From positions 1 through 63,339 of the forward strand of contig JBFHKL010000001.1 in NCBI GenBank assembly GCA_041595375.1: a stretch of DNA of 63,339 bases. The letters run 5' to 3'. This DNA comes from Saccharicrinis sp. GTDB taxonomy: Bacteria; Bacteroidota; Bacteroidia; Bacteroidales; Marinilabiliaceae. The notes under the pieces are model-generated. The model worked only from the letters and a program-made list of their open reading frames with translations, did no database searches and was not told the origin of the DNA. Shown here in pieces: positions 20,567 to 31,800 of this stretch (within the stretch, counting starts at the first letter, position 1; the number at the start of each line of letters is the position of its first letter). The position numbers and the translations under genes are program-made.

Positions 20567-22159
20567 ATGAATTTAACTATGGGGACAAATTTTAAAATTT
20601 TTATTTTGGAAATAATTGTCCTTGTCAATTTTAACTCTTTTGCACAAGAACATTTGGCTTCTCAAAGAGTAATTCATGCAGATTGGGCACCAAAAGTGAT
20701 CCAACTTCGCCCCGATGATATCACAACAATTATGGGATTCAGAGCACAACTTACTGGCAACCTGAATCATTTAGACCGACCAACACCAGCGGTTGTCAAT
20801 AACGCGTTTATCCGAGGCTTTTATAACGAAAATGATGTTATGACTTGGGAGGTAGAAGCACCTTTTACTGCCAATTATACCATTGCCCTTTTATATACTG
20901 CAAGCAAAGAAATCCTTTCGGGTAGCACTATAGAAATAAGTTCGGGAAAAACCAAAATTGTTGAAAAAGCCCTAGTGCCTAATTGGAATACCAGACCAGG
21001 AGTTTTGCGACATTTTTTGAAACAAAACTTACCGCTACACAAGGGGATTAATAAAATTAGTTTTCGATTAGTCGGTTTTTCAAAAGTTAAATTGAATGCC
21101 GAAAATGCTGAAGTTGATGCTGCTGCTAATTTAAAACCAAGTCCTTTTGCACTCTGGTCTATAGAGTTAGTACAGCCCAATACGCTTATTGCCATAAAAG
21201 AACGTGCCCAATCGATGAAAGCTGATGTACAATGGATGGTTGACGGCAAATATGGTTTGTTTGTCCATTTTTCCTCGCTTTCAAAACCATTTAATGGAGG
21301 ACCAAGTTTAGGAAATCAATATCAAAATTTAGTAGATAAATTTGATGTTGATGCCTTTGTGGCCTCGGTTGTAGAGACGGGTGCTTCTTGGGTAACCTTT
21401 ACATGTGCTCATGGGACACAACATTGGCCTGGGCCAAGCGAGACCATCGATAAATTAAAACCAGGATTTACGTGCAAACGCGATTTGATACGCGAATTAA
21501 TTGATGGATTAAAAAAATACAACATCAAATTGATGCTGTATTACAATCCCAACAGCGGAATGGAAGATTTGTATGGAAATATTTATGGCAATAGTGGTAC
21601 TCCAGACGCAACGGGATATTTTAATTTTTTGGAATCTCATTTTAGAGAAGTAAGCCTTCGATATGGAAAAGATTTAGCTACAACCGCAGGCTATATTGAT
21701 GATTGCGGATGGAAAGTCTATCAATATGATGCTCCTTGGGAGAAATTAGCGAAAGCAATAAAATCAGGAAATCCAAATGCTCTAATTGGTTTTAGCCAAA
21801 ATATATTTCCAAATCTTACTCCTTTTAGTGATCTTGTGGTTTCGGATGGATCGGGCAGAGTACCAGAAATTCAGCCTGATTTTTTGTTTGAAAAAGGCGG
21901 ACAATTAGAAGGACAATATCCTGCCAGCTGGTTTTATATGGACGGCTGGTCTAGCAGAACTGGTAATGGCGTTTTTACGGCCAAACCAAAATTTTCAGCA
22001 GAACAATATATCGAAATTTTTAAAAATGCCGAAAAAGCCAAAATGCCTATAACAATTAATTTAGCGATGACTCCAGACGTAACCAAAGAGCATCCTTTCT
22101 TTAATCCAGAATGTATTGAAATTATGAAACAAGTCCGTAAAGCAGTTAAAGGATATTAA
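20567..22159 (+). CDS. Divergent GH29/GH107-like TIM-barrel glycosidase with N-terminal CBM-like domain
   Basis: KYGLFVHF, FDVDAFV, RDLIREL, LMLYY, SLRYGK, AIKSGNPNALIGF; lacks KHHDGF and DxTFGH. Confidence 0.6.
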   Translation: MNLTMGTNFKIFILEIIVLVNFNSFAQEHLASQRVIHADWAPKVIQLRPDDITTIMGFRAQLTGNLNHLDRPTPAVVNNAFIRGFYNENDVMTWEVEAPFTANYTIALLYTASKEILSGSTIEISSGKTKIVEKALVPNWNTRPGVLRHFLKQNLPLHKGINKISFRLVGFSKVKLNAENAEVDAAANLKPSPFALWSIELVQPNTLIAIKERAQSMKADVQWMVDGKYGLFVHFSSLSKPFNGGPSLGNQYQNLVDKFDVDAFVASVVETGASWVTFTCAHGTQHWPGPSETIDKLKPGFTCKRDLIRELIDGLKKYNIKLMLYYNPNSGMEDLYGNIYGNSGTPDATGYFNFLESHFREVSLRYGKDLATTAGYIDDCGWKVYQYDAPWEKLAKAIKSGNPNALIGFSQNIFPNLTPFSDLVVSDGSGRVPEIQPDFLFEKGGQLEGQYPASWFYMDGWSSRTGNGVFTAKPKFSAEQYIEIFKNAEKAKMPITINLAMTPDVTKEHPFFNPECIEIMKQVRKAVKGY

Positions 22160-22187
22160 AACTCAAATTTAGCTAACAATAACAAAA

Positions 22188-23357
22188 ATGAAAAAAACAA
22201 AAGTTCTGATAACGCTATTATTCTGTGTGATTTTGACAGGATTTAACGCTGCTGTTTCACAAACATTATATAAAAACAGTGATGGAAGTACCTTTGTGGC
22301 CAAAGATTTTTATCCAAAATTTAGTTGGGAAACAACGCCGCAGTATTTTATGTTTCAAGATTTGAGGCGCTTGTTAACTCCTGATGAAGTTGCATTTATT
22401 GCCCGACGTACCGATTTTATTTGTATCGAAAAATCACATGCAAAAGGACAATTAGGAGCTGCTGAATTAGGGGCTAAAGAGGAGGCTAAAGCGTTTAAAA
22501 AAGCGAATCCGAATATTAAAGTGCTGTTTTATTTTAACGCTGCCTATGCTTGGACCTATACATCGTACACCAAAGATTTTTCTGAGAAAGGCTTAAGTAA
22601 ACACCCTGAACTAAAAAAGTTTTTGATTACTAATGCAAAAACAGGAAAGTTAGCAGAACACTTTGGCGCTTATTGTTATGATTTATTAAATCCTGAATTC
22701 CGTGACTGGTGGGTGGAAACGGTTGCCAAAGGAGTAAGAGAATCGGGTTGTGATGGGGTCTTTATCGATCAAATGCATGGAAATAGTAAGTTTCGTCCAA
22801 ATGACAAACCCGAAATTGAAATTGCTATGGGGCAAATGATGAAAGCACTTAAAGAGAAATTAGGCGCAGAAAAAATACTATTGGGCAATAACGCTAATAA
22901 TGAAGACGCGAGATTTGTGTATCCTGTTTGTGATGCTGTAATGTTTGAAAACTATTCAGAGACTCGATTTACTAAAGAAAGTTTGCTTAAGGAGTGGGGA
23001 GATATGCTAAAAAATGCGAAAGAAGGAAAAATATCCGTTTTCCGTCTGGGTGTTGATGGAGCAGGAAGAGGAAACATCAAACCGAATATGCCTGAGCTGT
23101 CCAAAGAAAAGTTAGAGTTTGCCCAGGCTTGTTATTTAATTGGTGCAGAACCTTACTCGTATTTTATGTACAGTTGGGGATGGAAATTGAATACAGGGCC
23201 TTTGGTAGATTATCCTGAATTGCAAAAGCCTTTGGGAGCACCAAAAGGAGCCTATAAAAGAATTAAACCTGATGCTTGGGAGTTTACTCGTGAATTTGAA
23301 CATGCTAGTGTTTGGGTGAATACAGAAACAAGAGAAGCTAAAATTTCATGGAAATAA
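22188..23357 (+). CDS. GH168 endo-fucanase
   Basis: FYPKFSWETTP, FICIEKSH, VLFYFN, DGVFIDQMHG, MFEN, KPLGAPKG, FTREFEHASVWV, as in FunA-type GH168 proteins. Confidence 0.85.
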   Translation: MKKTKVLITLLFCVILTGFNAAVSQTLYKNSDGSTFVAKDFYPKFSWETTPQYFMFQDLRRLLTPDEVAFIARRTDFICIEKSHAKGQLGAAELGAKEEAKAFKKANPNIKVLFYFNAAYAWTYTSYTKDFSEKGLSKHPELKKFLITNAKTGKLAEHFGAYCYDLLNPEFRDWWVETVAKGVRESGCDGVFIDQMHGNSKFRPNDKPEIEIAMGQMMKALKEKLGAEKILLGNNANNEDARFVYPVCDAVMFENYSETRFTKESLLKEWGDMLKNAKEGKISVFRLGVDGAGRGNIKPNMPELSKEKLEFAQACYLIGAEPYSYFMYSWGWKLNTGPLVDYPELQKPLGAPKGAYKRIKPDAWEFTREFEHASVWVNTETREAKISWK

Positions 23358-23387
23358 TAATAAACTAACTAAAGTAAAATATATACA

Positions 23388-26042
23388 ATGACTATAAAAT
23401 ACAGACTTATTTCTTTTGTGCATCACTTGCTAATGGTGATGATTTTTAATGCCACTTTTTTTGTCGTTGCTCAAGATGTAACGAACACTGATAGAGCAAC
23501 AAAAACCTTACGCCTTTGGTATGACAAACCTACACCAGATAATGATAAAGGTTGGGTAAATCGTTCAATCCCAATGGGGAATGGTTATATGGGGGTTAAT
23601 GTTTTTGGAGGTATCACCACCGAGAGAATCCAAATTACAGAGAATAGTCTATACGATTGGGGAGAAGACAGCGGACTTAAACGTAGAGGACTGAACAATT
23701 TTGCGGAGGTTTATATCGATTTCAACCACAAGAACACCAAAGGATACAAACAAGAACTAAACCTAAATAAAGGTGTTTCGTATGTGGAATTTGAAGAAGA
23801 GGGAGTAAAATATTCAAGAGAATACTTTACCAGTTATCCCGATAAAGTGATGGCGATTCGTTTAAGTGCATCTAAAAAAGGAAAAGTATCCTTTACACTT
23901 CGCCCTAAGATTCCTTTTTTAGGAGTTGGAAAATCAGGCGCTGTTTCAGCTAAAGGGGATGTCATTACGCTTTCGGGAATGATGAATTATTACAAGATAA
24001 AGTTTGAAGGGCAGTTCAAGGTCATTCCACAAGGAGGTACTATGAAAGCAACAAATAACGGAACGATTACGGTTGCTGATGCAAACAGTGCTGTCATTTT
24101 GATAGCCATTGGAACCAATTATAAGCTCGATTCTCAAGTTTTTTTGACCGAAGATCCCGCTAAAAAGTTAGCTGGTTTTCCTGATCCTCATGATAAGGTA
24201 TCAAATTATTTAAAAGTAGCTTCGGCTAAGCCGTATGACAAATTGTTGGCCAATCATTTGGCTGATTATAAGATACTTTATAACCGTGTAAATTTTGACC
24301 TGGGTGCAGCTGAACCCACAATCCCTACTAATGAATTGGTAGATGGGTATCCTACGGGTAAATCAAGTAAATATCTGGAAGAACTTGCGTTTCAGTATGG
24401 ACGTTATATGCTTATTTGCTCTTCCAGAAAGGGGACGCTTCCACCACATTTACAAGGAATTTGGAATGTATATGAGAAAGCTCCATGGTCGTCTCAATAT
24501 TTGCACGATACCAATGTACAAATGGCGTATGCGCCTGTTTTCTCGGCTAATTTACCCGAGTTATTTGAGTCGTATGTCGATTATTTTAAAACCTTTGAAC
24601 CCAGACAACGTTTATATGCTACGGAGTACATTAAGCAATATAACAAAACACAATTAGATTCTAAAGGAAATAATGGTTGGTCAGGACCATTCTGGAGCAG
24701 TCCTTACACGGTTCCAGGCAAATCACCAGTTGCTGGTTTTGGTACCGGTTCTTGGATTGGACTGCTGTTTTGGGATTATTACGATTTCACTCGTAATGAG
24801 TCGTTGTTAGCAAATAAAGTGTATCCAGTACTTTATGAGCAAGCTAATTTTGTGTCTCGATTCGTAACAAATACCAATGGCGTGTTATTAGCCAATCCCT
24901 CTTCAAGTCCAGAACAAAAAATCCGAAACACGGTGGGTACTACTTTTGACCAACAGATGTTTTATGAGAATCATCACAATACGGTAAAAGCCGCTGAAAT
25001 ATTAAAGAGATCCGATAGCAGATTAGCAACCTATAAAAGTCAATTACCTCTTTTAGATCCTATTCAGATTGGAAAATCAGGACAGATTAAAGAATTCCGA
25101 CAAGAGAATTATTTTGACGACATGGGGGATCCCAACCATCGTCATGCTTCCATGTTGTTAGGGTTATATCCAGGGCAATTGATAAATGACAAAACACCAG
25201 CTTGGCTCGATGCAGCCAAAGTGAGCTTGTTGAAACGAGATCATAAAACCAATATTGGATGGGCACGTGCGGAGCGAATTGCCATGTGGGCTCGAGTACA
25301 TGATGGAGATGAGGCCTATTCCTACTACAAAGAATTATTGGGAGAAAACTACATGCACAACCTGTTCAACGATCATCGTGGCGACCCGTTGTTCCAAGCC
25401 GATGCGAATTATGGTGCCACTGCTGGTGTAGCCGAGATGTTGTTACAGAGTCATGATTATGTAATAGCGCCACTTACTGCTTTGCCAAAGGAATGGTCAA
25501 CAGGTAGCTATAGCGGACTCTTGGCACGTGGTAATTTTGAAGTTTCGGCAAAGTGGTCCAAGGGACAAGCTGATGCGTTTACGGTATTGTCTAAATCAGG
25601 AGGAACTTTAGCATTTAGGTATCCAAATGTTGCTAAAGCAATGATTAAAACAGCCGAAGGTAAGAAAGTTGATTTTAAAGCTAAGGATAGTGACCATATC
25701 AGTATCAAAACCGTAGCTGGGCAAACGTATGTAATTAATGCCATTCCTGAATATGTACCTGTGATGGCACCCTCAAAATTAAAAGTGGAGAGTAATTTGG
25801 CAGAGAATCAAATTCAGCTTTCTTGGAGCGAAAGTAATGATGCCGTTTCTTACAATGTTTATCGTGCCGTGGGTAACGCAGCAGACTATGAACAACTAGC
25901 TTCGAAAGTGAAAGAGACTAATTTTGTTTATAAAGCTACTGATTTAAAACAAACAAGCCAGATGACATTCAAGGTCACTACAGTACGTGCCGATGGAAGA
26001 GAGAGTAAAGAGGGAGCTACCACAATTTGGTTGTTGCCGTAA
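23388..26042 (+). CDS. GH95 alpha-L-fucosidase with C-terminal FN3 domain
   Basis: LWYDKP, PMGNGYMG, FQYGRY, LQGIWN, HRHAS, FQADANYG, EMLLQSH, GLLARG. Confidence 0.93.
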   Translation: MTIKYRLISFVHHLLMVMIFNATFFVVAQDVTNTDRATKTLRLWYDKPTPDNDKGWVNRSIPMGNGYMGVNVFGGITTERIQITENSLYDWGEDSGLKRRGLNNFAEVYIDFNHKNTKGYKQELNLNKGVSYVEFEEEGVKYSREYFTSYPDKVMAIRLSASKKGKVSFTLRPKIPFLGVGKSGAVSAKGDVITLSGMMNYYKIKFEGQFKVIPQGGTMKATNNGTITVADANSAVILIAIGTNYKLDSQVFLTEDPAKKLAGFPDPHDKVSNYLKVASAKPYDKLLANHLADYKILYNRVNFDLGAAEPTIPTNELVDGYPTGKSSKYLEELAFQYGRYMLICSSRKGTLPPHLQGIWNVYEKAPWSSQYLHDTNVQMAYAPVFSANLPELFESYVDYFKTFEPRQRLYATEYIKQYNKTQLDSKGNNGWSGPFWSSPYTVPGKSPVAGFGTGSWIGLLFWDYYDFTRNESLLANKVYPVLYEQANFVSRFVTNTNGVLLANPSSSPEQKIRNTVGTTFDQQMFYENHHNTVKAAEILKRSDSRLATYKSQLPLLDPIQIGKSGQIKEFRQENYFDDMGDPNHRHASMLLGLYPGQLINDKTPAWLDAAKVSLLKRDHKTNIGWARAERIAMWARVHDGDEAYSYYKELLGENYMHNLFNDHRGDPLFQADANYGATAGVAEMLLQSHDYVIAPLTALPKEWSTGSYSGLLARGNFEVSAKWSKGQADAFTVLSKSGGTLAFRYPNVAKAMIKTAEGKKVDFKAKDSDHISIKTVAGQTYVINAIPEYVPVMAPSKLKVESNLAENQIQLSWSESNDAVSYNVYRAVGNAADYEQLASKVKETNFVYKATDLKQTSQMTFKVTTVRADGRESKEGATTIWLLP

Positions 26043-26139
26043 ATAGGAGACTAACATTAACTAAATATACGACTCGGATAAAGTATTTTAATTGAGTTTA
26101 TTGCAAAACTTTTAACATAAATCAAATCATTTTATTTTC

Positions 26140-28509
26140 ATGAAAAAAACTTTTAAATGTTTATTATTCCTTTTCGGAACTCTAATTGCAACGGCTCAAA
26201 CACAGGAAATTTATGTTAGCACGAAGGGTTCAGATTCTAATATAGGAAGTAAAAATAAGCCTTTGGCATCATTTGCAGCCGCTCAAAACAAAGCACGTAC
26301 TTATGCTGGTAAGGAAACCGTTACGGTTTATTTTGCTGATGGTACCTACTATCTCCCAGAAACTGTTGTTTTTACTTCAAAGGATAATGGTTCTAAAGAG
26401 CACCCCATTACCTATCGGGCCCAAAATGAAGGTAAAGCGATTTTGAGCGGTGGTACCAAGCTTAAGCTCAATTGGAAAGCCTATCGCGATGGGATTTTTC
26501 AGGCGCAAACGCCAAAGGGGGTGATTATCGACCAAGTATTTATTGATGGATTAAACCAACGTATGGCTCGTTATCCTAACTATGATGCTAGTAAAAAAAC
26601 AGACGCTTATCAAGGCTATGCCGCTGATGCTTTTTCTAAAGAGAGAGCTGCTGGTTGGAAAAATCCTAAAGGAGGGTACATTCATGCGATGCATTCCAAA
26701 CGTTGGGGAGGATATCATTATAGAATTACAGGAAAAGATGCCAAAGGAGAAGTCCTTTACGAAGGTGGTTGGCAAAACAATCGCCAGTTAGGCATGCATC
26801 CAGAATTTCGTATGGTTGAAAATATTTTTGAAGAATTAGATGCAGAAGGAGAGTGGTTTCATGATGAAAAGACACAAACCTTATACTACAAACCTGAAAA
26901 AAATATCGATTTAAATACCGCTCAAGTTGAAGTAGTTCGATTAAAATTACTGATAGATTTTCAAGGTTCCATAACTAATCCTGTAAAGCATATTGGATTA
27001 CAAGGTTTTGTAGTAAAACATGCCGCCAGAACTTTTATGGAGACCAAGGAACCAATGGTGCGTTCGGATTGGGCTATTTTTAGAGGCGGAGCCTTTATGT
27101 TGACAGGTACTGAAGATATCCAAATTGTAGATTGTGAATTCGATCAAGTAGGTGGAAACGCCATTTTTGTGAATAAGTATAATCGTCGAACCTTGATAAA
27201 AGGGAATCACATTCACCATTCAGGAGCGAGTGGTGTGTGTTTTGTAGGGGATCCCAATGCTTTGCGTAATCCTTTGTTTGAATATGGGGAAACCAATGAG
27301 GTTTCAAAAATTGATACCACTCCTGGACCTAAAACGGACAATTATCCCGCTTTGGGAGTTGTAGAAGACTGTTTGATTCATGATATTGGAACGGTGGAAC
27401 GCCAACCAGCGGGTGTTCAAATTGAGATGGCTATGGAAATCACAGTAAGAGATTGTTCGATTTACGACTGTGCTCGTTCCGGAATTAATGTTGGTGATGG
27501 TGCTTTTGGAGGTCATTTAATAGAGCGTTGTGATGTGTTTAATACCGTATTGGAAACACACGACCATGGTTCATTTAATTCTTGGGGACGCGACAGATAT
27601 TGGCGTCTTAAAAATTTTGACATCAATAAATATCCAAAATTACCTTTTGCTGATGCTATCAAAACAACAGTAATTCGTAACAGTCGTTGGCGTTGTGACC
27701 ATGGTTGGGATATTGATTTAGATGATGGCTCAACGAACTATGATATTTATAATAATTTAATGTTATCAGGAGGTTTAAAACTCCGTGAGGGCTATCGAAG
27801 ACGCGCTTGGAATAATATAACGGTAAACAATACTTTGCACCCGCATGTTTGGTACAACCAAAGTGAAGATGAGGTGTTTTCAAATATTTTTATGTTTAAA
27901 TATCAAGGTGTCAATGTTCCTAAGCAAAATATTACTGGGAAGCGAGTGGATAGTAATTTATTATTTGATGCCGAGTTAACACAATTATTCGGTTGGGACG
28001 AACATTCCATTGTAGCCGATCCTCAGTTTATCGATCCAACTAATGGAGATTTTAGGGTAAAAGAAGGATCTCCAGCATTTAAAATCGGATTTAAAAACTT
28101 TCCAATGGATCAATTTGGAGTAAAAAAAGCCAGTCTTAAAAAGATAGCAAAAACACCTATTATACCTGCCTTAGGTGTCTCAGAGGAATTGAAGAAAAAG
28201 AATAAGTCGAAAAAAAAGGTAGAAGAAAAAACATGGATGGGAGCTAGTATCAGTAGCTTGTCAGGTATGGAATTTTCAGCTTATGGAGTGGCCAAGGAAG
28301 ATGGTGGAGTGGCATTAAAAAAAGTACCTAAAAATTCCCAAGCAGCCCAAATAGGTTTTGTGGAAGAAGATCTTATTTTGAGTGTAAACGGAAGAAAAGT
28401 GGCAAATGAAAACCAATTCATAAAGCTGATGAACGGAATAAAATCGGGTTTGGTTAAGTTTAAAGTAGTTCGGGAACAGAAAGAAATCGATATTCAATAC
28501 AGTTTGTAA
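26140..28509 (+). CDS. GH141-like right-handed beta-helix protein with C-terminal PDZ domain
   Basis: IYVSTKGSD, ARYPN, ELDAEGEWF, HDHGSFNSWG, DIDLDDGS; PDZ-like tail (NSQAAQIGF, DLILSVNG). Confidence 0.75.
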   Translation: MKKTFKCLLFLFGTLIATAQTQEIYVSTKGSDSNIGSKNKPLASFAAAQNKARTYAGKETVTVYFADGTYYLPETVVFTSKDNGSKEHPITYRAQNEGKAILSGGTKLKLNWKAYRDGIFQAQTPKGVIIDQVFIDGLNQRMARYPNYDASKKTDAYQGYAADAFSKERAAGWKNPKGGYIHAMHSKRWGGYHYRITGKDAKGEVLYEGGWQNNRQLGMHPEFRMVENIFEELDAEGEWFHDEKTQTLYYKPEKNIDLNTAQVEVVRLKLLIDFQGSITNPVKHIGLQGFVVKHAARTFMETKEPMVRSDWAIFRGGAFMLTGTEDIQIVDCEFDQVGGNAIFVNKYNRRTLIKGNHIHHSGASGVCFVGDPNALRNPLFEYGETNEVSKIDTTPGPKTDNYPALGVVEDCLIHDIGTVERQPAGVQIEMAMEITVRDCSIYDCARSGINVGDGAFGGHLIERCDVFNTVLETHDHGSFNSWGRDRYWRLKNFDINKYPKLPFADAIKTTVIRNSRWRCDHGWDIDLDDGSTNYDIYNNLMLSGGLKLREGYRRRAWNNITVNNTLHPHVWYNQSEDEVFSNIFMFKYQGVNVPKQNITGKRVDSNLLFDAELTQLFGWDEHSIVADPQFIDPTNGDFRVKEGSPAFKIGFKNFPMDQFGVKKASLKKIAKTPIIPALGVSEELKKKNKSKKKVEEKTWMGASISSLSGMEFSAYGVAKEDGGVALKKVPKNSQAAQIGFVEEDLILSVNGRKVANENQFIKLMNGIKSGLVKFKVVREQKEIDIQYSL

Positions 28510-28598
28510 AAATCAAACAACATTTACATTCGATTCCTAAGTTGAAAAAAAGTTGAAATAACGAACAAATAAAAATGAATAAGAAAAAAGTACAGATT

Positions 28599-28779
28599 TA
28601 CGCTGCCCCTAAAAAGTTAGACACTATTTGGGGGTATTTTTATGGAAAGAAAAGTCAAGTATGATTATGCATTTAAGCTTGAATGTGTAGAATTAGTTAT
28701 CAACGAGCATTATTCTTGTGAATCTGTAGGTAATAAAAAGGGGGATAGTAAGTCAAATGTTGAAAAATCACTGTTCTAA
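28599..28779 (+). mobile_element. IS3-family left end with truncated transposase OrfA
   Basis: CTGCCCCTAAAAAGTTAGACAC resembles an IS3/IS150 terminal repeat; ATG 28642 encodes MERKVKYDYAFKLECVELV...SLF* (45 aa, HTH start); no orfB or right end. Confidence 0.75.
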
Positions 28780-28862
28780 ACAGCTTGAATGGTTAGTAAG
28801 GTCATAAATAATTATAAATCATTGAAAATCAGTTATACTTAACAATCAAATAAAAATGAAAT

Positions 28863-31800
28863 ATGATTAAAAAACTACCAAGAAACATTAATCCAATTTT
28901 ACTATTTCAAATGCTACTGGCCTGTAGCTTCGTTTTACATAGTAATTTAGGTTACTCTCAGGTTTACTTTGATGAATCTGCGCCCTATTTAGTGAAATCA
29001 ATAGAAGGAGCTGCAACTTGGACTAAGGACGTTTCAACTGGTGATTTTATTTATAATAACGGAGGTACAGTATATACTCAGCGTGCTATGCTTTATTCTG
29101 CTGCTGCCTATCAATCGAACGATGGGTTTAAGTTGACTATTGAATATACCACTGGATCCATTGATGATACTGCTGCACATAATTTTTCATTTGGTCTTAT
29201 TAGCGACGAGACTGATTTAGCTGCTTATTCAGGCTTCAATCCCTTCAAGACAGAAACATCAGTTTATAGTATTGGAGCCAACCTTACCACCGATGACGAT
29301 ATAACAGCCAGAGGATTAAATTTTACAAACGGTACGTCACGGCTTACCTTAGATCAGTCAGGTTCAAGAGCTCAATTTGCAACAAGAGCTACTACTAAAG
29401 TTACTATTGAGATTGGTATTGGAGGCTATTGGTCGTATCGTATTAACGATGTTTATGAGGCATCAGGAGTTTTAGTAAATGGAATTGATTTGACCAAAAG
29501 TTATCAGGTTGCCATTTATGGTCAAGATGATAATGGAGGCGGAAAGTCCATTCAATCTATTAAATTAGAAAAAAGATATGCTGCGGGTGAACGTGCACCG
29601 CATTTGAAAGGAACTTGGAATTCAGAGATAGATGTTGATTTATTAGATGATAGGATAAAGAATCTTAAAACACTAGATCGTATTGGAGTTACTTTTACAA
29701 ATGGAGCCGTATTATCTGCACAACATTATGCGCCCCATAAATTATTTGATATGCTCGCAGGAGGAGATGCTGTAGCTCCAGCCTGGGGCAATTTAAATTC
29801 AGATACTCCTCAAAATGATAAAATGTTGACCGATATTTTAAAAATAAAAGCGGCTGGATTTAATGTGAAAGCCTATACAAATTCGGAAAATTTTGTGGGG
29901 ACAAATGAAGCTTCACTTCAACCGTTTGTTGATAGTTGGATAGCCTATTGCGATACAAATCCCGAGATTCAGGCTTTTATCAATAGCCAGCCTTATCATA
30001 CTGGTATATGGAATGTCACTACCCAACAATACGAAGATGCAACAGCTACTTATCCATTGCGAAAATACATGTTTTGTTATGCTGAATATTTTCTGAAAGA
30101 CTACGCATTGCGTTATGGTAAGTATTTTGATTCCTGGATTTTTGATTCGGGTAATACGATGGAAAGCAATGGCGATAATGCAAAAAGTGGTCTATTGGAG
30201 GAGCAAAGGATTTACCAAGCTTTTGCCAATGCGGTACATGCAGGTAATCCTGAAATACCTATAGCTTTTAATAACGGTAGAAGTACTGTAAATTATAATG
30301 CATTTCCTTATGCAATTCCTACTCGATTTGATGATTTTACCTTTGGTCACGCTTTTGGAGGAAATAACGATCACGCTAGTAAAACGGGTGGTCAATTTGC
30401 TAACAATTACAATTATATTAGTCGTATGACGGCAACTGATGGGGCAGTACATTCTGGCGGAAATTGGACTTGGGACGACAAAATAGTAGGAAATTTTCAT
30501 TCTAAGTTATCCACTACGGCTTGGAAATATGGTGCTACGCAAGCATGGGAACAAGATGATTTTAATCAGTGGAATTTAGAGGCGATGAAAGCAGGTGGTT
30601 CTATGACATGGGGTGGTTCCTATAATAGAGATGTAACAGCTATTTATGATTGGGTGTATGTTTTATTAGTAGGCATGGATAATTATTTGGCAGCAAACGA
30701 AAATCCAGGAGCACCCAACTGGGCAAGAGCGCATACTATTTTACCTGAGGCTTTTACAGGACAGTCTTATTCACACAAATTAAGAGAAGGAATTGATTTT
30801 TGGGATCCAGAAGGAGATGCCATGGCGCTTATTGCTTTAGATAATTTTCCTTCGTGGTTATCAATTTCCAAAATAGCCGATGGGGTTTGGGAATTAAGTG
30901 GTACACCCACTGAGACTACAAATTCGAGTTACGAATTTAATTTGCAAGCAAGTGATGCTTCAGGCGGAACTAATAGAATAGTAAATCTAAATGTTTTGGA
31001 CTCTAATGCTATTCAAGTTTCTGGGGTTGCTATTTCAAAAAACAATGCTTATTTAATTAAAGATGAAACTCTAATACTTAGCGCTGTCGTAAGTCCGATA
31101 AATGCAGTTAATAAAAACATAATTTGGAGCAGTAGTGCACCTACTATTGCTATTGTTGATTCAAATGGATCAGTTAAAGGGCTGGCTGTGGGTAACGCAA
31201 TCATATCGGCTACTACAGAGGATGGTGGTTTTGTTAGTAGCTGTATGCTAACAGTTGTCGATGGGACAAATTTTAATCTTGCTCTAATGGGAACAGCTAC
31301 TCAGTCATCGACAGATTTTGGAGCAGTTGCCAGCCGAGCAATTGATGGGAATACGGATGGTACTTTTGGTAATGGTTCTGTAACACATACTTTAACAGAA
31401 GTAAATCCATGGTGGCAAGTTGATTTAGGTTATGAAACAACTATAGGCACAATTAAGCTTTTTAATAGACTGGGCTCTAATTACACTAGATTATCTAATT
31501 ACACTCTTAGTATCTATAACGCAAGTGGAGTTCCAGTATATTCGGAAACCTTTGCTGAAGCCCCGAATTTAACTACATCCATCAATGTTGGGGGAGTGAG
31601 GGGACAAATTGTAAAAATCCAGTTAAACAACACAAATCCGTTATCATTGGCAGAAGTAGAAGTTTATAAAGAATCTAATTTATCAGTAAATAAAATCACT
31701 GAAAAAAATATAATATTTTATCCAAATCCAGCAAAGGATGTTTTGAATTATGATTTAAAAGAGGGGGGTAGATTTACTCATTTGGTAATTTATTCTATAT

